Assembly (NCBI RefSeq): GCF_022045235.1
Contig: NW_027266286.1
Location: forward strand, 806,001 to 870,000
Source of the DNA: Haliotis cracherodii
Lineage: Eukaryota
Reading direction: 5' to 3'
DNA: 64,000 nt
The notes under the pieces were generated by a model. It did not search any database, was not told where the DNA came from, and worked only from the letters and a program-made list of their open reading frames with translations. The translations under genes and the position numbers were made by a program. The first letter of the stretch is position 1. Each line of letters starts with the position of its first letter. Of the stretch, positions 51,138 through 63,420 are shown piece by piece.

Positions 51138-52746
51138 TATACATGCACACAAGTGCCACCCACCATATTTGTGAGCTGTTACTTTTGGCACTTAATGATG
51201 ACTATTATAACGAGATGTACGATTGTTATAAGCCGTATATGTAAACCTCATGTGATGCAAAAGTTGTCCCAAAGCAAGTTTATCCTGTGTTCAAAAAGAA
51301 TATGAGCAGAAAGGAATTTTCCGAAGACCAGAAATTGAAGGATTAGAAAACATTGAAAAACTTTTTTTGTCATGTAACTTTCATGATATCAGCAGACCAT
51401 ATCAGGTGTCACATAGACACCTTAGGGAGTGCAGAGTCTATTGCAAGACAGAAACGTCAGTAACGTGTGTATGATCCACGGACATTGACCACAGCTTCAA
51501 CACTTCGCCTTATACCCATTACAAGTCGTTGGATGCTTCTCTGAGGCAAACGGATCCATTCTTCATGAAGTGCGGCTTCAGGTCCAGCGAGATTTTGAAC
51601 TGGGGGATCACGATGTCTGATTTTCCGGCCAAGAATGTCCCAGAGATGCTCAATTGGATTAAGGTCCGGACTACAGGCCGGCCAAGGAAGAGTGGCAATA
51701 GCTTCTTGAGGCAAATAAGCCAAAACTGCCCGAGATCCGTGTGGTCTAGCATTGTCGTCCATGTAAACAGGTCTTGTCTGAAGAGGATGGTTGTCAAAAT
51801 GAGGGACTACCACTGGGAGGCATCTTGGTAATGTTGGCCATTCAGGTTTCCACGAATTGTCACCAGCGGAAGTTTGCAGCCGAAGGAAACACGACCCCAT
51901 ATCATGACAGACCCCCCCCCGCCACATGCTAAGGTCTTCTGGATGTTCCTTGGTGCAAAACGAGTGTTACGTTGCCTCGAAAGACGTATTCGACCATCAA
52001 CAGTTCGTAGCAGCATTCGACACTCGTCAGACCAATGGATCCTTCTCCAGTAGGCCAAGTTCCATCGACTACGGGCACGAAACCATATCAGACGATTCCG
52101 CATGTGCCTCTCAGTCAGTTGAGGACGTTTCACTGGTCTTCTGGCGTTATAACCAGCCGCTCTGAGGCGACGCCTTACGGTCATCGTCGAGAGTCTCTGA
52201 TGGGTAATCCACTGCAGTCTTAAATCTGTTGAAGTGGCAAATGGATTTCGTCTGACTATCCTGAAAAGACGTCTATCCTCTCTGTTAGAGGTCTTTCTTG
52301 GCCTACACGACCTATGCCTGTCATTGACATCATTGGTTTGACCATGTTTGACAATCAAACGAGTGATAACACTGTGATGACGACCCATTCTTGCAATGGC
52401 CCTGCATGACATGCCAGCATTTTTCATGTCTATCACTTGCCATCTTTCAGCGTTCGTTAACTTTCTTCTCAACATGGCTGATTTTCAACCTTTATTGGAA
52501 GGGGAATCTCACACAGGAGCAAAATGCAACCACGTGTCTGAAATTTGAATTTTACTTTTTATAGGGTAGGGGAACTGCAGCAACACGTAAAGCACGCTTT
52601 CCTTGTGGTATCTGGACAAATTTGGGTTCATGAAACTATGGAAGCCTAATTCAGTCATATATCATCATATTTCGTATTTCTGATTCCCACACGTGAAATC
52701 AAGAGACTATAAATATGGTGGCGCTTAACGTTTGTGCATGTGTATA
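51138..52746 (-). mobile_element. Tc1 DD34E transposon, nearly intact
   Basis: Transposase runs 52475 to 51457. Ends tatacatgcaca..ccaccatattt / aaatatggtgg..tgtgcatgtgtata are diverged TIRs. Confidence 0.92.
51457..52475 (-). pseudogene. Tc1 transposase with one frameshift (~51820)
   Basis: N-terminal HTH and RPRKT, then WSDE, GGGSVMIWG and DDNARPH...SPDLNPIE with 34 residues between D and E, ending YTRY*. Confidence 0.93.
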
Positions 52747-53175
52747 TGTGACCTTGGCCGTATATGTGTTGGTCCAGGTTGATTTAGACACAGGCGACCT
52801 TTCTGACACTGAGGCTAGCTGAGGTCGGGCAAGGAGCTCTAGGGCACCACCACCACCACCACCACCTTCATGTGCTGGCCTGGCAAACCGTTGTTATTGT
52901 ATTATTATTAAAAATATTGTGATGTAAAATTGTCTAGATTATCCGGCGAAACAGATTCCATTTGGCGTAAAGGACACGATAGCTGTGAAAGTTATATGAA
53001 TGGACCAGCGACATCAGCGATGATTAAAGCTTTGCCTTATTCTGCTGTGTGTCTGTTTTCTATTCAACCCCTGAACCGTTAGCTTATGAATATTAATCGT
53101 TCTGTGTATAGACGTCGCTCACTGTGGTATGTGGATTGAAGCAGTACTATACGTTCATGGTGCAGTGAACAAAAC

Positions 53176-53450
53176 ACCGGTAGAGATTCCTGGATTGCAA
53201 TCTGCCCTCAGCGACCTGTGCTGGTCATAAGTAGCGGCTAAGTAGAGCGGGTTGTCAGGTTGGGTGACCAGGCGAGGTGACCAGGCGGGGTGACCAGGCG
53301 AGGTGACCAGACGAGGTGACCAGGCGAGGTGACCAGGTTTATTGCTTTTTGTCATTCCCCGACGGCGTGGATCGTTGCTCACAATATCAATCACTGGTTT
53401 ATCTGGTCCAGATTCAGACTGCTCCTCATACAGCGTGATTATTGACAGTT
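53176..53450 (+). mobile_element. Old divergent family A copy with an internal 13-bp tandem expansion
   Basis: Degenerate head and body, with (ggtgaccaggcga)n at ~53263-53338, then caatcactggtttatctggtccagat. Confidence 0.65.
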
Positions 53451-53744
53451 AAGCGTGTCTTCTTGCTCTGTAAGTGACCGATGTTGATTATTAGTTAGAA
53501 TACAACTATGTCATCCACTGTGTGTTTATGTAAGTATATCATTACAGCAGGAGTCTGACGTTTCAGGTATTCTGTCTCAGCATGACAGTCATCAGTAGAA
53601 TAGCACCAGAAACTCTCACCAAGGATTAAGGATCCATGTCTGTGTTTTTTATATATAATAAGTTGTTTTTTAATTTGGGTTTCATATTGGATATTTTATA
53701 TTATAAATATTATAAACTACCAGTTGATGGAAATCTGAATTGAT

Positions 53745-53898
53745 TTGAGTGAGTTTAGTTTACGTAGCTTTTGGACACAATCCAGCAATGTCACCACAGA
53801 GAGCACAACATTTAGTCTTTGCGTATTCCAGAGAATCGGACATGGGTCCTTAGCGTGACCAGCGAAAGACTTAACTATCAGGCTGCCCTATCATCCCC
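53745..53898 (-). mobile_element. Degenerate SINE family B
   Basis: gagtgagt tail and reverse-complement head ggcagcctgatagttaagtctttcgctggtcacgctaaggaccc. Confidence 0.6.
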
Positions 53899-54184
53899 GA
53901 TTTCTTAATTGAAGCTCACTCTGACTGCCAGCACCGACAAGACGCTGGAGGCCCCACAAGCCCGGGGACACCCTTAACATTACACAAACAGTCAGGGGTT
54001 GTGTGGCCAGAGTTAAGTTGTGTGTCTGCTCATCGGCGGGCAAAACATTCCGCCTTTAGTCATTGCTCCCCTTGGAACAGGAGTGGTGATTGGCTCGTAG
54101 TGGCAGGAGTTCTCCACAAGGGTAAGCTGTGTCCCCCATTGTGATATGGCTGGCAAAAACAGCTGAGAAGTATTAGTTTGTAAA

Positions 54185-54731
54185 TGTATATGTCTTCAGT
54201 CAGTGGTCGTCAGCTAGTGGGAACTAGTACATATATATGTCTTCAGTCAGTGGTCGTCAGCTAGTGGGAACTAGTAAATAAAGATGTCGTCGGTGATATG
54301 AGAACTGGTAAATATATATGTCGTCAGTCAGTGCTATGGGAACAAGTAAATATATATGTCGTCAGTCAGTGGTCGTCAGTGCTATGAGAACTAGTAAATA
54401 TATATGTCGNNNNNNNNNNNNNNNNNNNNNNNNNNNNNNNNNNNNNNNNNNNNNNNNNNNNNNNNNNNNNNNNNNNNNNNNNNNNNNNNNNNNNNNNNNN
54501 NNNNNNNNNNNNNNNNNNNNNNNNNNNNNNNNNNNNNNNNNNAACTAGTAAATATATATGTCGTCAGTGCTATGGGAACTGGCATATATATATATGTCGT
54601 CAGTCAGTGGTCGTCAGTGCTATGAGAACTAGTAAATAGATATGTCGTCAGTGCTATGGAACTAGTAAATATATATGTCGTCAGTGCTATGGGAACTAGT
54701 AAATATATATGTCGTCAGTGCTATGGGAACT

Positions 54732-54807
<76 letters not shown>

Positions 54808-54892
54808 GTCAGTGCTATGGGAACTAGTAAATATATATGTCGTCAGTGCTATGGAACTAGTAAATATATATGTCGTCAGTGCTATGGGAACT

Positions 54893-54980
<88 letters not shown>

Positions 54981-55060
54981 GTCAGTGCTATGGGAACTAG
55001 TAAATATATATGTCGTCAGTGCTATGGAACTAGTAAATATATATGTCGTCAGTGCTATAT
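54185..55060. repeat. ~34-bp minisatellite with embedded (TA)n runs, spanning a gap
   Basis: Unit tgtcgtcagtgctatgggaactagtaaatatata, with long (TA)n at 54734-54804 and 54895-54977. Confidence 0.93.
54410..54542. other. Assembly gap (N run)
   Basis: N characters. Confidence 1.
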
Positions 55061-55119
55061 ATATGACTGTAGATTATGTGACCGCCAACGATCTTGAAGG
55101 ACTATAGTGGTGGGATGAA

Positions 55120-56679
55120 AAATTTCAGAGTTGGCGAGCTGGCAGTAGTACACGATTTGTCAAACATTCATTCACTCGACGAGGTATACTGTGTATGTCC
55201 CACTCCTCATGAAGTTCCTGGGCAAGTTAGGCCAACGTAGTCTGCTGCCTACGACGTTGATGCACACGTCTCACTACCATGCCCAAGACGTGTTTACCCG
55301 TGAAGATTCGGGGGTAGAATAGGTCTTCAGCAACCCCTGCTTGCCGTAAAAGGTGACTATGCTTGTCGTGAAAGGCGACTAACGGGATCGGTTGGTCAGG
55401 CTCGCTGACTTGGTTGATGCATGTCATCGACCCCAATTGCGTGGATCGATGCTCATGATATAAATCACTGCATTGTCTGGTCCAGACTCGATTATTTACA
55501 GACCGCAGTCATATAGCTGGAATATTGGTGAGTGCGGCGTTAAACAACAAACCAACCAACCAACCAACCCAAGACGTGTTCAATGAAGATAAGGCCTGGA
55601 GTCATTACTGCCTATAGCAATGTATTGATATGGTGCTGGCGGTCGACATGGACCCACACGCCTCGCAAACGGGACATCAAAGGTGTGCGTGCGTTGTCCC
55701 GATAGTACAGTCCAGTGCCTCGTCCATGCTCAACATGGAGTGGGGCTCGGTCAGTCATAGTGATGCCACCCCACACCATAACTGATCCACCATCATATAT
55801 GTCATGAGGTTTACATTAATATGACGTTCATTTCGTCGTCGCCAGACACGACCACGCAAAGCGAATCGGGAGTCATCTGAAAACATGACACGTGACTAGC
55901 GACGATTACCCCAGGTTCGATGTTGTGTGCATCATTGACGTCTGTCTGCATCATTGACGTCTGTCTGCATCATTGACGTCTGTCTGCAATACGACGACTT
56001 GTAAGTGGCGGCAAAACACGTGGCCGTCGAGCATAGATATGAGCTCCACGTGAGACGATTTCTAATCGTCTAACCCGTAACTCGTACTCCATGAGCCTGA
56101 TGAAAGTTTGCAGCAATTTGATTCACCACGTTTGAGCTCGATTCCGTTGAGCCTGATTACGGATCAATCCTGTATTCTTGTCGTTGACCTGAGACGCCCT
56201 GAACGGGGTCTCTCCTCAATATTTTGGGGGTTTTTTTGTACCTGTACCATAGTCTGCTAATCACACTCTGTGAAACATTGAATGTAACGGCCACTGCACG
56301 CTGACTTCTGCCCACTACAAGCATGACAATAGTCCATAGACGCTACTTTCATTACAGACGCCGCATCGCTACGTCATACACAAACAATGAATAAAATCAA
56401 GTAAATCACAACTGTATAATCAGAATTAATACGACTGACAGAAATAAGAGTCCACAGAGAGAAATCAACCTTCCTTGGAAGTGTCAAACTCAGGAATAAC
56501 ACCCAACGCACGTGTGTGGCGCTTCTGCCTGCGGTACCTGCAAACTATAGGATGTGTTTTGGTGGTAAGTTTTACAGACATAAACGTCCTTCTTTGGATG
56601 TTTGTTGTGAACACTTATCTTTGTTCTAATACTTGGTATTAACATTTATATTTCATGATCCCCTACTTGTTGTTAAGTG
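55120..56679 (-). mobile_element. Degraded Tc1 transposon interrupted by a SINE
   Basis: Minus strand from the ATG at 56366 reads MRRL..GRSQRAVAVTFNVSQSVISRLW, VMFSDDSRF, GGSVMVWGGI and SPGLIFIEHVLG. Terminus TA|cacttaacaacaagtagggg at 56679. The other TIR was not found. Confidence 0.85.
55295..55567 (+). mobile_element. SINE-like family A copy with perfect TSD
   Basis: 13-bp TSD cccaagacgtgtt at 55282-55294 and 55568-55580. Confidence 0.96.
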
Positions 56680-57378
56680 TATATCCTGTCCCTTGTGTTC
56701 TCAGCAGATGTCTGTAAGTGTTATAATACCTAGTAGATAAATATGCCGTCCCTCCTGTCGACAGGAGGTGCCTGCCAGTGTTGTGATGGACCATAACCAT
56801 ATTATCCAAGACGTTACTGCTTCAATTACCAGTTAACGTGGTATCAATGTCCTGGGGACACCGCCAGTCACAAAGTAGAGGAATATTCTCGGGATTATTT
56901 TACACCCAAGAAATCACCCAAAACAATCTCCATACTAGAGTCTGCAATCTTATACATGGCTTGAACGCAGTCGGGGGATATTGTGGAGATAACAGTTCAG
57001 GAAAGCGCATGTCGACTGACCACCTGCTAATATCGACCCTGTGAAGGTCAAGGAGACATTCTCGTTCAGTTATGTAATAGCCTACATTATTTTAGATCAT
57101 AATAGACTCAATGTACTGTACACTTTTGTAATTTGAAACTTAGGTTTGAGCTTTGAATGAATTATATACAACAGAGATTAACGATTCTGTGATATTTTGT
57201 GATATTATTACGGAGACATATTTGGCCTTTTATTGTCAGTTGCTTTACGAAAAATGAAATTATTTTTGACTTAAGATTTTTGTTCATCTCTTTTTCAATT
57301 CAAATCTTTGTAAACGAAACACATTGGATTTTACTTCCGATGTTCATTAGAAAAGGTGAAGAATCCGTATAAACATCT

Positions 57379-57450
57379 CTCGTCACGATATGGCTGAAAT
57401 ACTGCCGATGTGACGTTAAATCTTAACTCACTCACTCACTCACTCACTCA
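57379..57450 (+). mobile_element. Severely 5'-truncated retroposon tail
   Basis: cacgatatggctgaaatactgccgatgtgacgttaaa plus (ctca)n, with perfect 14-bp TSD ccgtataaacatct (57365-57378 / 57451-57464). Confidence 0.9.
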
Positions 57451-58650
57451 CCGTATAAACATCTGTAATCTAGCAAGTAAACCATCAATATTCTTTCAGT
57501 ATGGTATCGGATTCGTACTCCCGTGATGGTGGCACCTTCGTATTAGTAGCAGTACTAATCTGGAAGCTGATTTTTTATATATTTTAGGCTAAAACTTGTC
57601 TAATCGAAAAAAGAATAAGGCCTTGTATCGTTGCTTATATTGACACTATATTGAAGTTATCAGCAAGGAAGAATTTGAGATTAATTTCAGAATGGGATGT
57701 ACTTTATGGAGCCATATCAGGGCAACAGTAGCCTCGGGGCTTTCTGCGAAAAACGCGTTATTGTGAAAAGACAAAAATGACTTTCATTTCATGCTGTAAA
57801 GTCAGCAAAAATCAATATATATTTTGGTAAAAGGTTGAGTATGTGTATTTAATGTCTGACTTCCTTAGGCGAAATGCACACAGACATCAATCAAATGGAA
57901 TATCTCGGAAATGCCACGTGCAAATAACTATTCACCAGGCCTACCTTGTCCATACACCCTACTTAGTCATCAAAATGTGGAACTGATGTTCTGTGATGAG
58001 CAAGGAGTCACTGCTATTGTCAGGAGACATTCCACTTGGAAATAGAATCCAATCTGTAGCTTACAGGCTCCACAGCCCTGACATCATCTCACGGCGTGGT
58101 CCTCGCCAAGATTTTTCTTAGTCCCATGTTTACACATAGCTTAGCTGGTATTTTTGTCCTAAATGACAAATTTATCTTGTTAGTGTGTGTCTTTAAAGGA
58201 TTTGCTCACTCAACAACCCTCTAAGCCTCTTATCTTGTTTGTTAGTTTCTTATTGAATGATGTTTCGTTGCATGTGTTTGATGGCGATAAGAAGGTTGGA
58301 ACTGTAAAGAACTTTGAAGTGAAACTTCATCAGCTGGTAATACAAGATTACAGCAGAGAAACTAAAATCAATCCATATTTCTGCCAGGCACCTGAGCCAC
58401 ACTTCTACCGGAGAAGCCTGACACAGCTGCTCAATTTAAAGAGGGGGAGTGAGGGTAGGGGTGGGGGTGGGATTGGTTGATTTGGGGACTTTGAACAGGA
58501 GTTACGAACTGTTTCTTGTTTTTAAGATTTCTGTTTTATTTCTAGTGTAATGTTACAATGGGTAATTTTACAATGGCAATACTTTTGAGTTAGTTATTGA
58601 TGCCATTAATTGTACGACCCAACCAATCCCAGATCAGCTGTCTTGTAATG

Positions 58651-58889
58651 TTTGTTTGTTTGATTGTTGTTTTACGCCGCACTCAGCAATATTCCAGCAA
58701 TATGGCGGCGGTCTGTAAATAATCGAGTCTGGACCAGACAATCCAGTGATTTATATCATGCGCATCGATCCACGCAATTGGGATACGATGACATACATCA
58801 ACCTAGTCAGCAAGCCTGACAAGCATAGTCGCCTTTTACGGCAAGCATGGATTTATGAAGACCTATTCTATCCCGGATCTTCACGGGCC
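58651..58889 (-). mobile_element. SINE-like family A copy
   Basis: Reverse complement, ending ccggatcttcacgggcc, with a short internal deletion. Confidence 0.92.
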
Positions 58890-59044
58890 CTGTGGGGTCA
58901 TGGGTGAGATTACGCCCCCTGTTCCTGATGTTTGGTGTAATGGCTGTCGTACCTTATTTGAGTGCATCATGCTCTCTGTCACTGATGTGCCTGCTCCAGA
59001 CTTATTTACCAACATTAACTGACTTGTTCTTCACATTCATCTGC

Positions 59045-59175
59045 GAACAGGGTTTCATGCTGATTATGTTTCTGGATTTGTCAGCACGATACCCGTGGCC
59101 GTGGGTTTCACCAAAGTGGTAAACGTCTAAGACTTCCATTACTTCAGGCTTCCCTCCCACTTGAAGCTGACACGT
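59045..59175 (+). mobile_element. SINE family C body fragment
   Basis: gattatgtttctggatttgtcagcacgatacccgtggccgtgggtttcaccaaagtggtaaacgtc...ctcccac matches 49050-49145. Confidence 0.75.
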
Positions 59176-59579
59176 CCTGATGAGACTGTACCACGGGCCG
59201 ATGCGGCGGGACATCAAGCTGAGTCGCTTAGTAACGCGTGTGAATGTTGCTGCTGCAGGGAAGAAGGTGTTTCCTGTGTGAAAGGTTGTTTTCTCTGAGG
59301 AACTGGTGACCTTTGTGCCATTATGTACTTTCTCTAAAGGGAAATCAATATCAGTACAAGCTCCACACTTCTGATGACAATGTACGGAGTGTTTCATTAT
59401 GCACAGAGCTAAGTGTTTGTGTCTGTGTATCTCCAATCCTGTAATCACATGTCATTTGGTTGATTTGAAAGCTGAAAAAATTATCTGATCCTGCTAACAT
59501 TTTTGTTTTGTATATTTTGTCAATGATGTATTATTTACGACAAGCCCAATTGTTTTATGATGACTGTCAGTGATGTCTG

Positions 59580-59684
59580 ACACTCACGCACAAACACACA
59601 CACTCATGCACGCAAGTACTCACACACACACGCACTCACACACACACGCGCACTCACACACTCACACGCACACCCACACACACT
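59580..59684. repeat. Degenerate (CA)n microsatellite
   Basis: Direct reading. Confidence 0.85.
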
Positions 59685-60288
59685 TTTCCCCAAGGTCTTC
59701 ACATACATGTTTTCATTTCAGTTGGATGTGGTTGTTATAAGCTGTAGTGAGATAAAAGCTGAATTAATGTTGAAGCAACATTAAGGGGTTTCAAATCACA
59801 ATAACCACTCCTAATGTACTGCCTCTATAATATAGGAAAGGTAGAACGTGGTAGTAAGTTTGTATCAGTCCTTCAATAACGCTCAGTCCGGCATTACTTA
59901 GAATACAAGTGCTTCAAATTGTGGACAATGATCAACAAGGTTGCTTGAAAGTATATATGTTTATTGCTCTCAATTTCGATCTCGGCAAGTGTTTAAAGTC
60001 AAACAACACTTAAATTGTCTGCACACTCTGTACTAATGATTTAGTCGACTCTCTCACAATGACTGGCTGCTCCCATTACACGAGGACACAGACTCACAAC
60101 CACACAGGCTGCTTATTACTGAGTCTAGACATGGACGGAAAGTAAACACCAGACCCGTCAACCAGCCATTCTTTAACCACGCAGATCCCGTTTCTAGCCC
60201 AGTGTTTGGACATCCGTAAAAGGACGGGTCTTCCATGCTGCCAATGCTAGAATATGAATAGTTGAGCCAACATTTGCAACAAAAGCCA

Positions 60289-60437
60289 NNNNNNNNNNNN
60301 NNNNNNNNNNNNNNNNNNNNNNNNNNNNNNNNNNNNNNNNNNNNNNNNNNNNNNNNNNNNNNNNNNNNNNNNNNNNNNNNNNNNNNNNNNNNNNNNNNNN
60401 NNNNNNNNNNNNNNNNNNNNNNNNNNNNNNNNNNNNN
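60289..60437. other. Assembly gap (N run)
   Basis: N characters. Confidence 1.
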
Positions 60438-60619
60438 AGCTGGCACACAGTGGAGACTGTCCGAAAGAAACTTGTCAAACCAGGCATGTTTAATGTGATG
60501 CTAATATATACCAGACACACCACTGAAGCAAGGCAATTATGACTTACATACAGCACAGCTATGTCATGATTCAAGGTTACTCAATACATATTGATTGATT
60601 CAAGGTCAGCAGGAATAAT

Positions 60620-61575
60620 ATGACAGTATAGAAGTGTAACGGATTATGTACGACAGTATGGATGTGTAATGGATTATGTACGACAGTATGGAGGTGTAAT
60701 CGATTATGTACGACAGTATGGAGGTGTAATGGATTGTGTACGACAGTATGGAGCTGTAATGGATTGTGTACGACAGTATGGAGGTGTAATGGATTGTGTA
60801 CGACAGTATGGAGGTGTATGAATTATGTACGATAGTATGGAGGTGTAATGGATTATGTACGACAGTATGGAGGTGTAATGGATTATGTACGACAGTATGG
60901 AGGTGTAATGGATTATGTACGACAGTATGGGGGTGTAATGGATTATGTACGACAGTATGGGGGTGTAATGGATTATGTACGACAGTATGGAGGTGTAATG
61001 GATTATGTACGACAGTATGGAGGTGTAATGGATTATGTACGACAGTATGGAGGTGTAATGGATTATGTACGACAGTATGGGGGTGTAATGGATTATGTAC
61101 GACAGTGTGGAGGTGTAATGGATTATATATGACACAATGGAGGTGTAATGGATTATACGACAGTATGGAGGTGTAATGGATTATATATGACACAATGGAG
61201 GTGTAATGGATTATACGACAGTGTGGAGGTGTAATGGATTATATATGACACAATGGAGGTGTAATGGATTATACGACAGTATGGAGGTGTAATGGATTAT
61301 ATATGACACAATGGAGGTGTAATGGATTATACGACAGTGTGGAGGTGTAATGGATTATATATAACACAATGGAGGTGTAATGGATTATACGACAGTATGG
61401 AGGTGTAATGGATTATATATGACACAATGGAGGTGTAATGGATTATACGACAGTGTGGAGGTGTAATGGATTATATATGACACAATGGAGGTGTAATGGA
61501 TTATGTATGTCAGCATGAAGGTGTTGTGGATTTTGTATGCCAGTATGGAAGTATAATTGATTGTGTATGACAGTT
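60620..61575. repeat. 30-bp minisatellite changing to a 58-bp (30+28) dimer
   Basis: Unit gacagtatggaggtgtaatggattatgtac, with alternating variants after ~61130. Confidence 0.96.
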
Positions 61576-61911
61576 TCAAGGTTGATATGAATTCACTATA
61601 TTGGAAAGCTTTTTCTTATATTTCTTATAGTGTTTGAATACTAACATGAATGTTAATATGGTTAAATGAGTGATGTTGTATGCCAAAGGGCCCTGTCCTG
61701 TGTCTGTTTATGTCTTTGTGTCACAGCAGTGTGAAGTGGACGCAGCTGCAAGGACACATTTAGAGGTCAAGGGGAAGGATGTCTAATCATCATCAGCTGG
61801 CTGCTGTCCCCTGTCTTGAGGTATGGCCTAATGGTGATGGCAACGAGATCTGAACTAGACGTCGTGCTGCAGGAACGAGAATTTTAGAGCTTAATTGGAT
61901 CTAACAAAGAC

Positions 61912-63420
61912 ATGATCATCCTGCGAGTAGACACACAAGTGCCATTGAAATGATCCTCCTGCGAGTAGGCACACAAGTGCCATTGAAATGATCCTCCTGC
62001 GAGTAGGCACACAAGTGCCATTGAAATGATCCTCCTGCGAGTAGGCACACAAGTGCCATTGAAATGATCCTCCTGCGAGTAGGCACACAAGTGCTATTGA
62101 AATGATCCTCCTGCGAGTAGGCACACAAGTGCCATTGAAATGATCCTCCTGCGAGTAGGCACACAAGTGCCATTGAAATGATCCTCCTGCGAGTAGACAC
62201 ACAAGTGCCATTGAAATGATCCTCCTGCGAGTAGACACACAAGTGCCATTGAAATGATCCTCCTGCGAGTAGGCACACAAGTGCCATTGAAATGATCATC
62301 CTGCGAGTAGGCACAAGTGCCATTGAAATGATCCTCCTGCGAGTAGGCACACAAGTGCCATTGAAATGATCCTCCTGCGAGTAGGCACACAAGTGCCATT
62401 GAAATGATCCTCCTGCGAGTAGGCACACAAGTGCCATTGAAATGATCCTCCTGCGAGTAGGCACAAGTGCCATTGAAATGATCCTCCTGCGAGTAGGCAC
62501 ACAAGTGCCATTGAAATGATCCTCCTGCGAGTAGACACACAAGTGCCATTGAAATGATCCTCCTGCGAGTAGGCACAAGTGCCATTGAAAAGATCCTCCT
62601 GCGAGTAGGCACACAAGTGCCATTGAAATGATCCTCCTGCGAGTAGACACACAAGTGCCATTGAAATGATCCTCCTGCGAGTAGGCACAAGTGCCATTGA
62701 AATGATCCTCCTGCGAGTAGGCACACAAGTGCCATTGAAATGATCCTCCTGCGAGTAGACACACAAGTGCCATTGAAATGATCCTCCTGCGAGTAGGCAC
62801 AAGTGCCATTGAAAAGATCCTCCTGCGAGTAGACACACAAGTGCCATTGAAATGATCCTCCTGCGAGTAGGCACACAAGTGCCATTGAAATGATCATCCT
62901 GCGAGTAGGCGCAAGTGCCATTGAAATGATCCTCCTGCGAGTAGGCACACAAGTGCCATTGAAATGATCCTCCTGCGAGTAGACACACAAGTGCCATTGA
63001 AATGATCCTCCTGCGAGTAGGCACAAGTGCTATTGAAATGATCCTCCTGCGAGTAGGCACACAAGTGCCATTGAAATGATCCTCCTGCGAGTAGGCACAC
63101 AAGTGCCATTGAAAATATCCTCCTGCGAGTAGACACACAAGTGCCATTGAAATGATCCTCCTGCGAGTAGGCACAAGTGCCATTGAAATGATCCTCCTGC
63201 GAGTAGACACACAAGTGCCATTGAAATGATCCTCCTGCGAGTAGACACACACGTGCCATTGAAATGATCCTCCTGCGAGTAGGCACACAAGTGCCATTGA
63301 AATGATCCTCCTGCGAGTAGGCACACAAGTGCCATTGAAATGATCCTCCTGCGAGTAGGCACAAGTGCCATTGAAATGATCCTCCTGCGAGTAGACACAC
63401 AAGTGCCATTGAAATGATCA
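61912..63420. repeat. 38/36-bp minisatellite (~40 copies)
   Basis: Unit gatcctcctgcgagtaggcacacaagtgccattgaaat, with no spacers. Confidence 0.97.

Noticed and set aside
48927-51244. Long His/Pro-rich and Gly/Trp/Cys-rich ORFs up to 564 aa
   Set aside because: They are open in nearly all frames on both strands because the 17-bp unit has no stop codons.
59176-59205. Hammerhead-like cctgatgagactgt..acgggccgatgc
   Set aside because: The GAAA box is absent.
61912-63420. CRISPR-like array: 36-38-bp unit with hairpin ggcac-acaa-gtgcc ending ATTGAAA
   Set aside because: Units are directly adjacent with no unique spacers, there are no cas genes, and the context is eukaryotic. The CTG-CGA...GAAA also lacks a correct hammerhead core.
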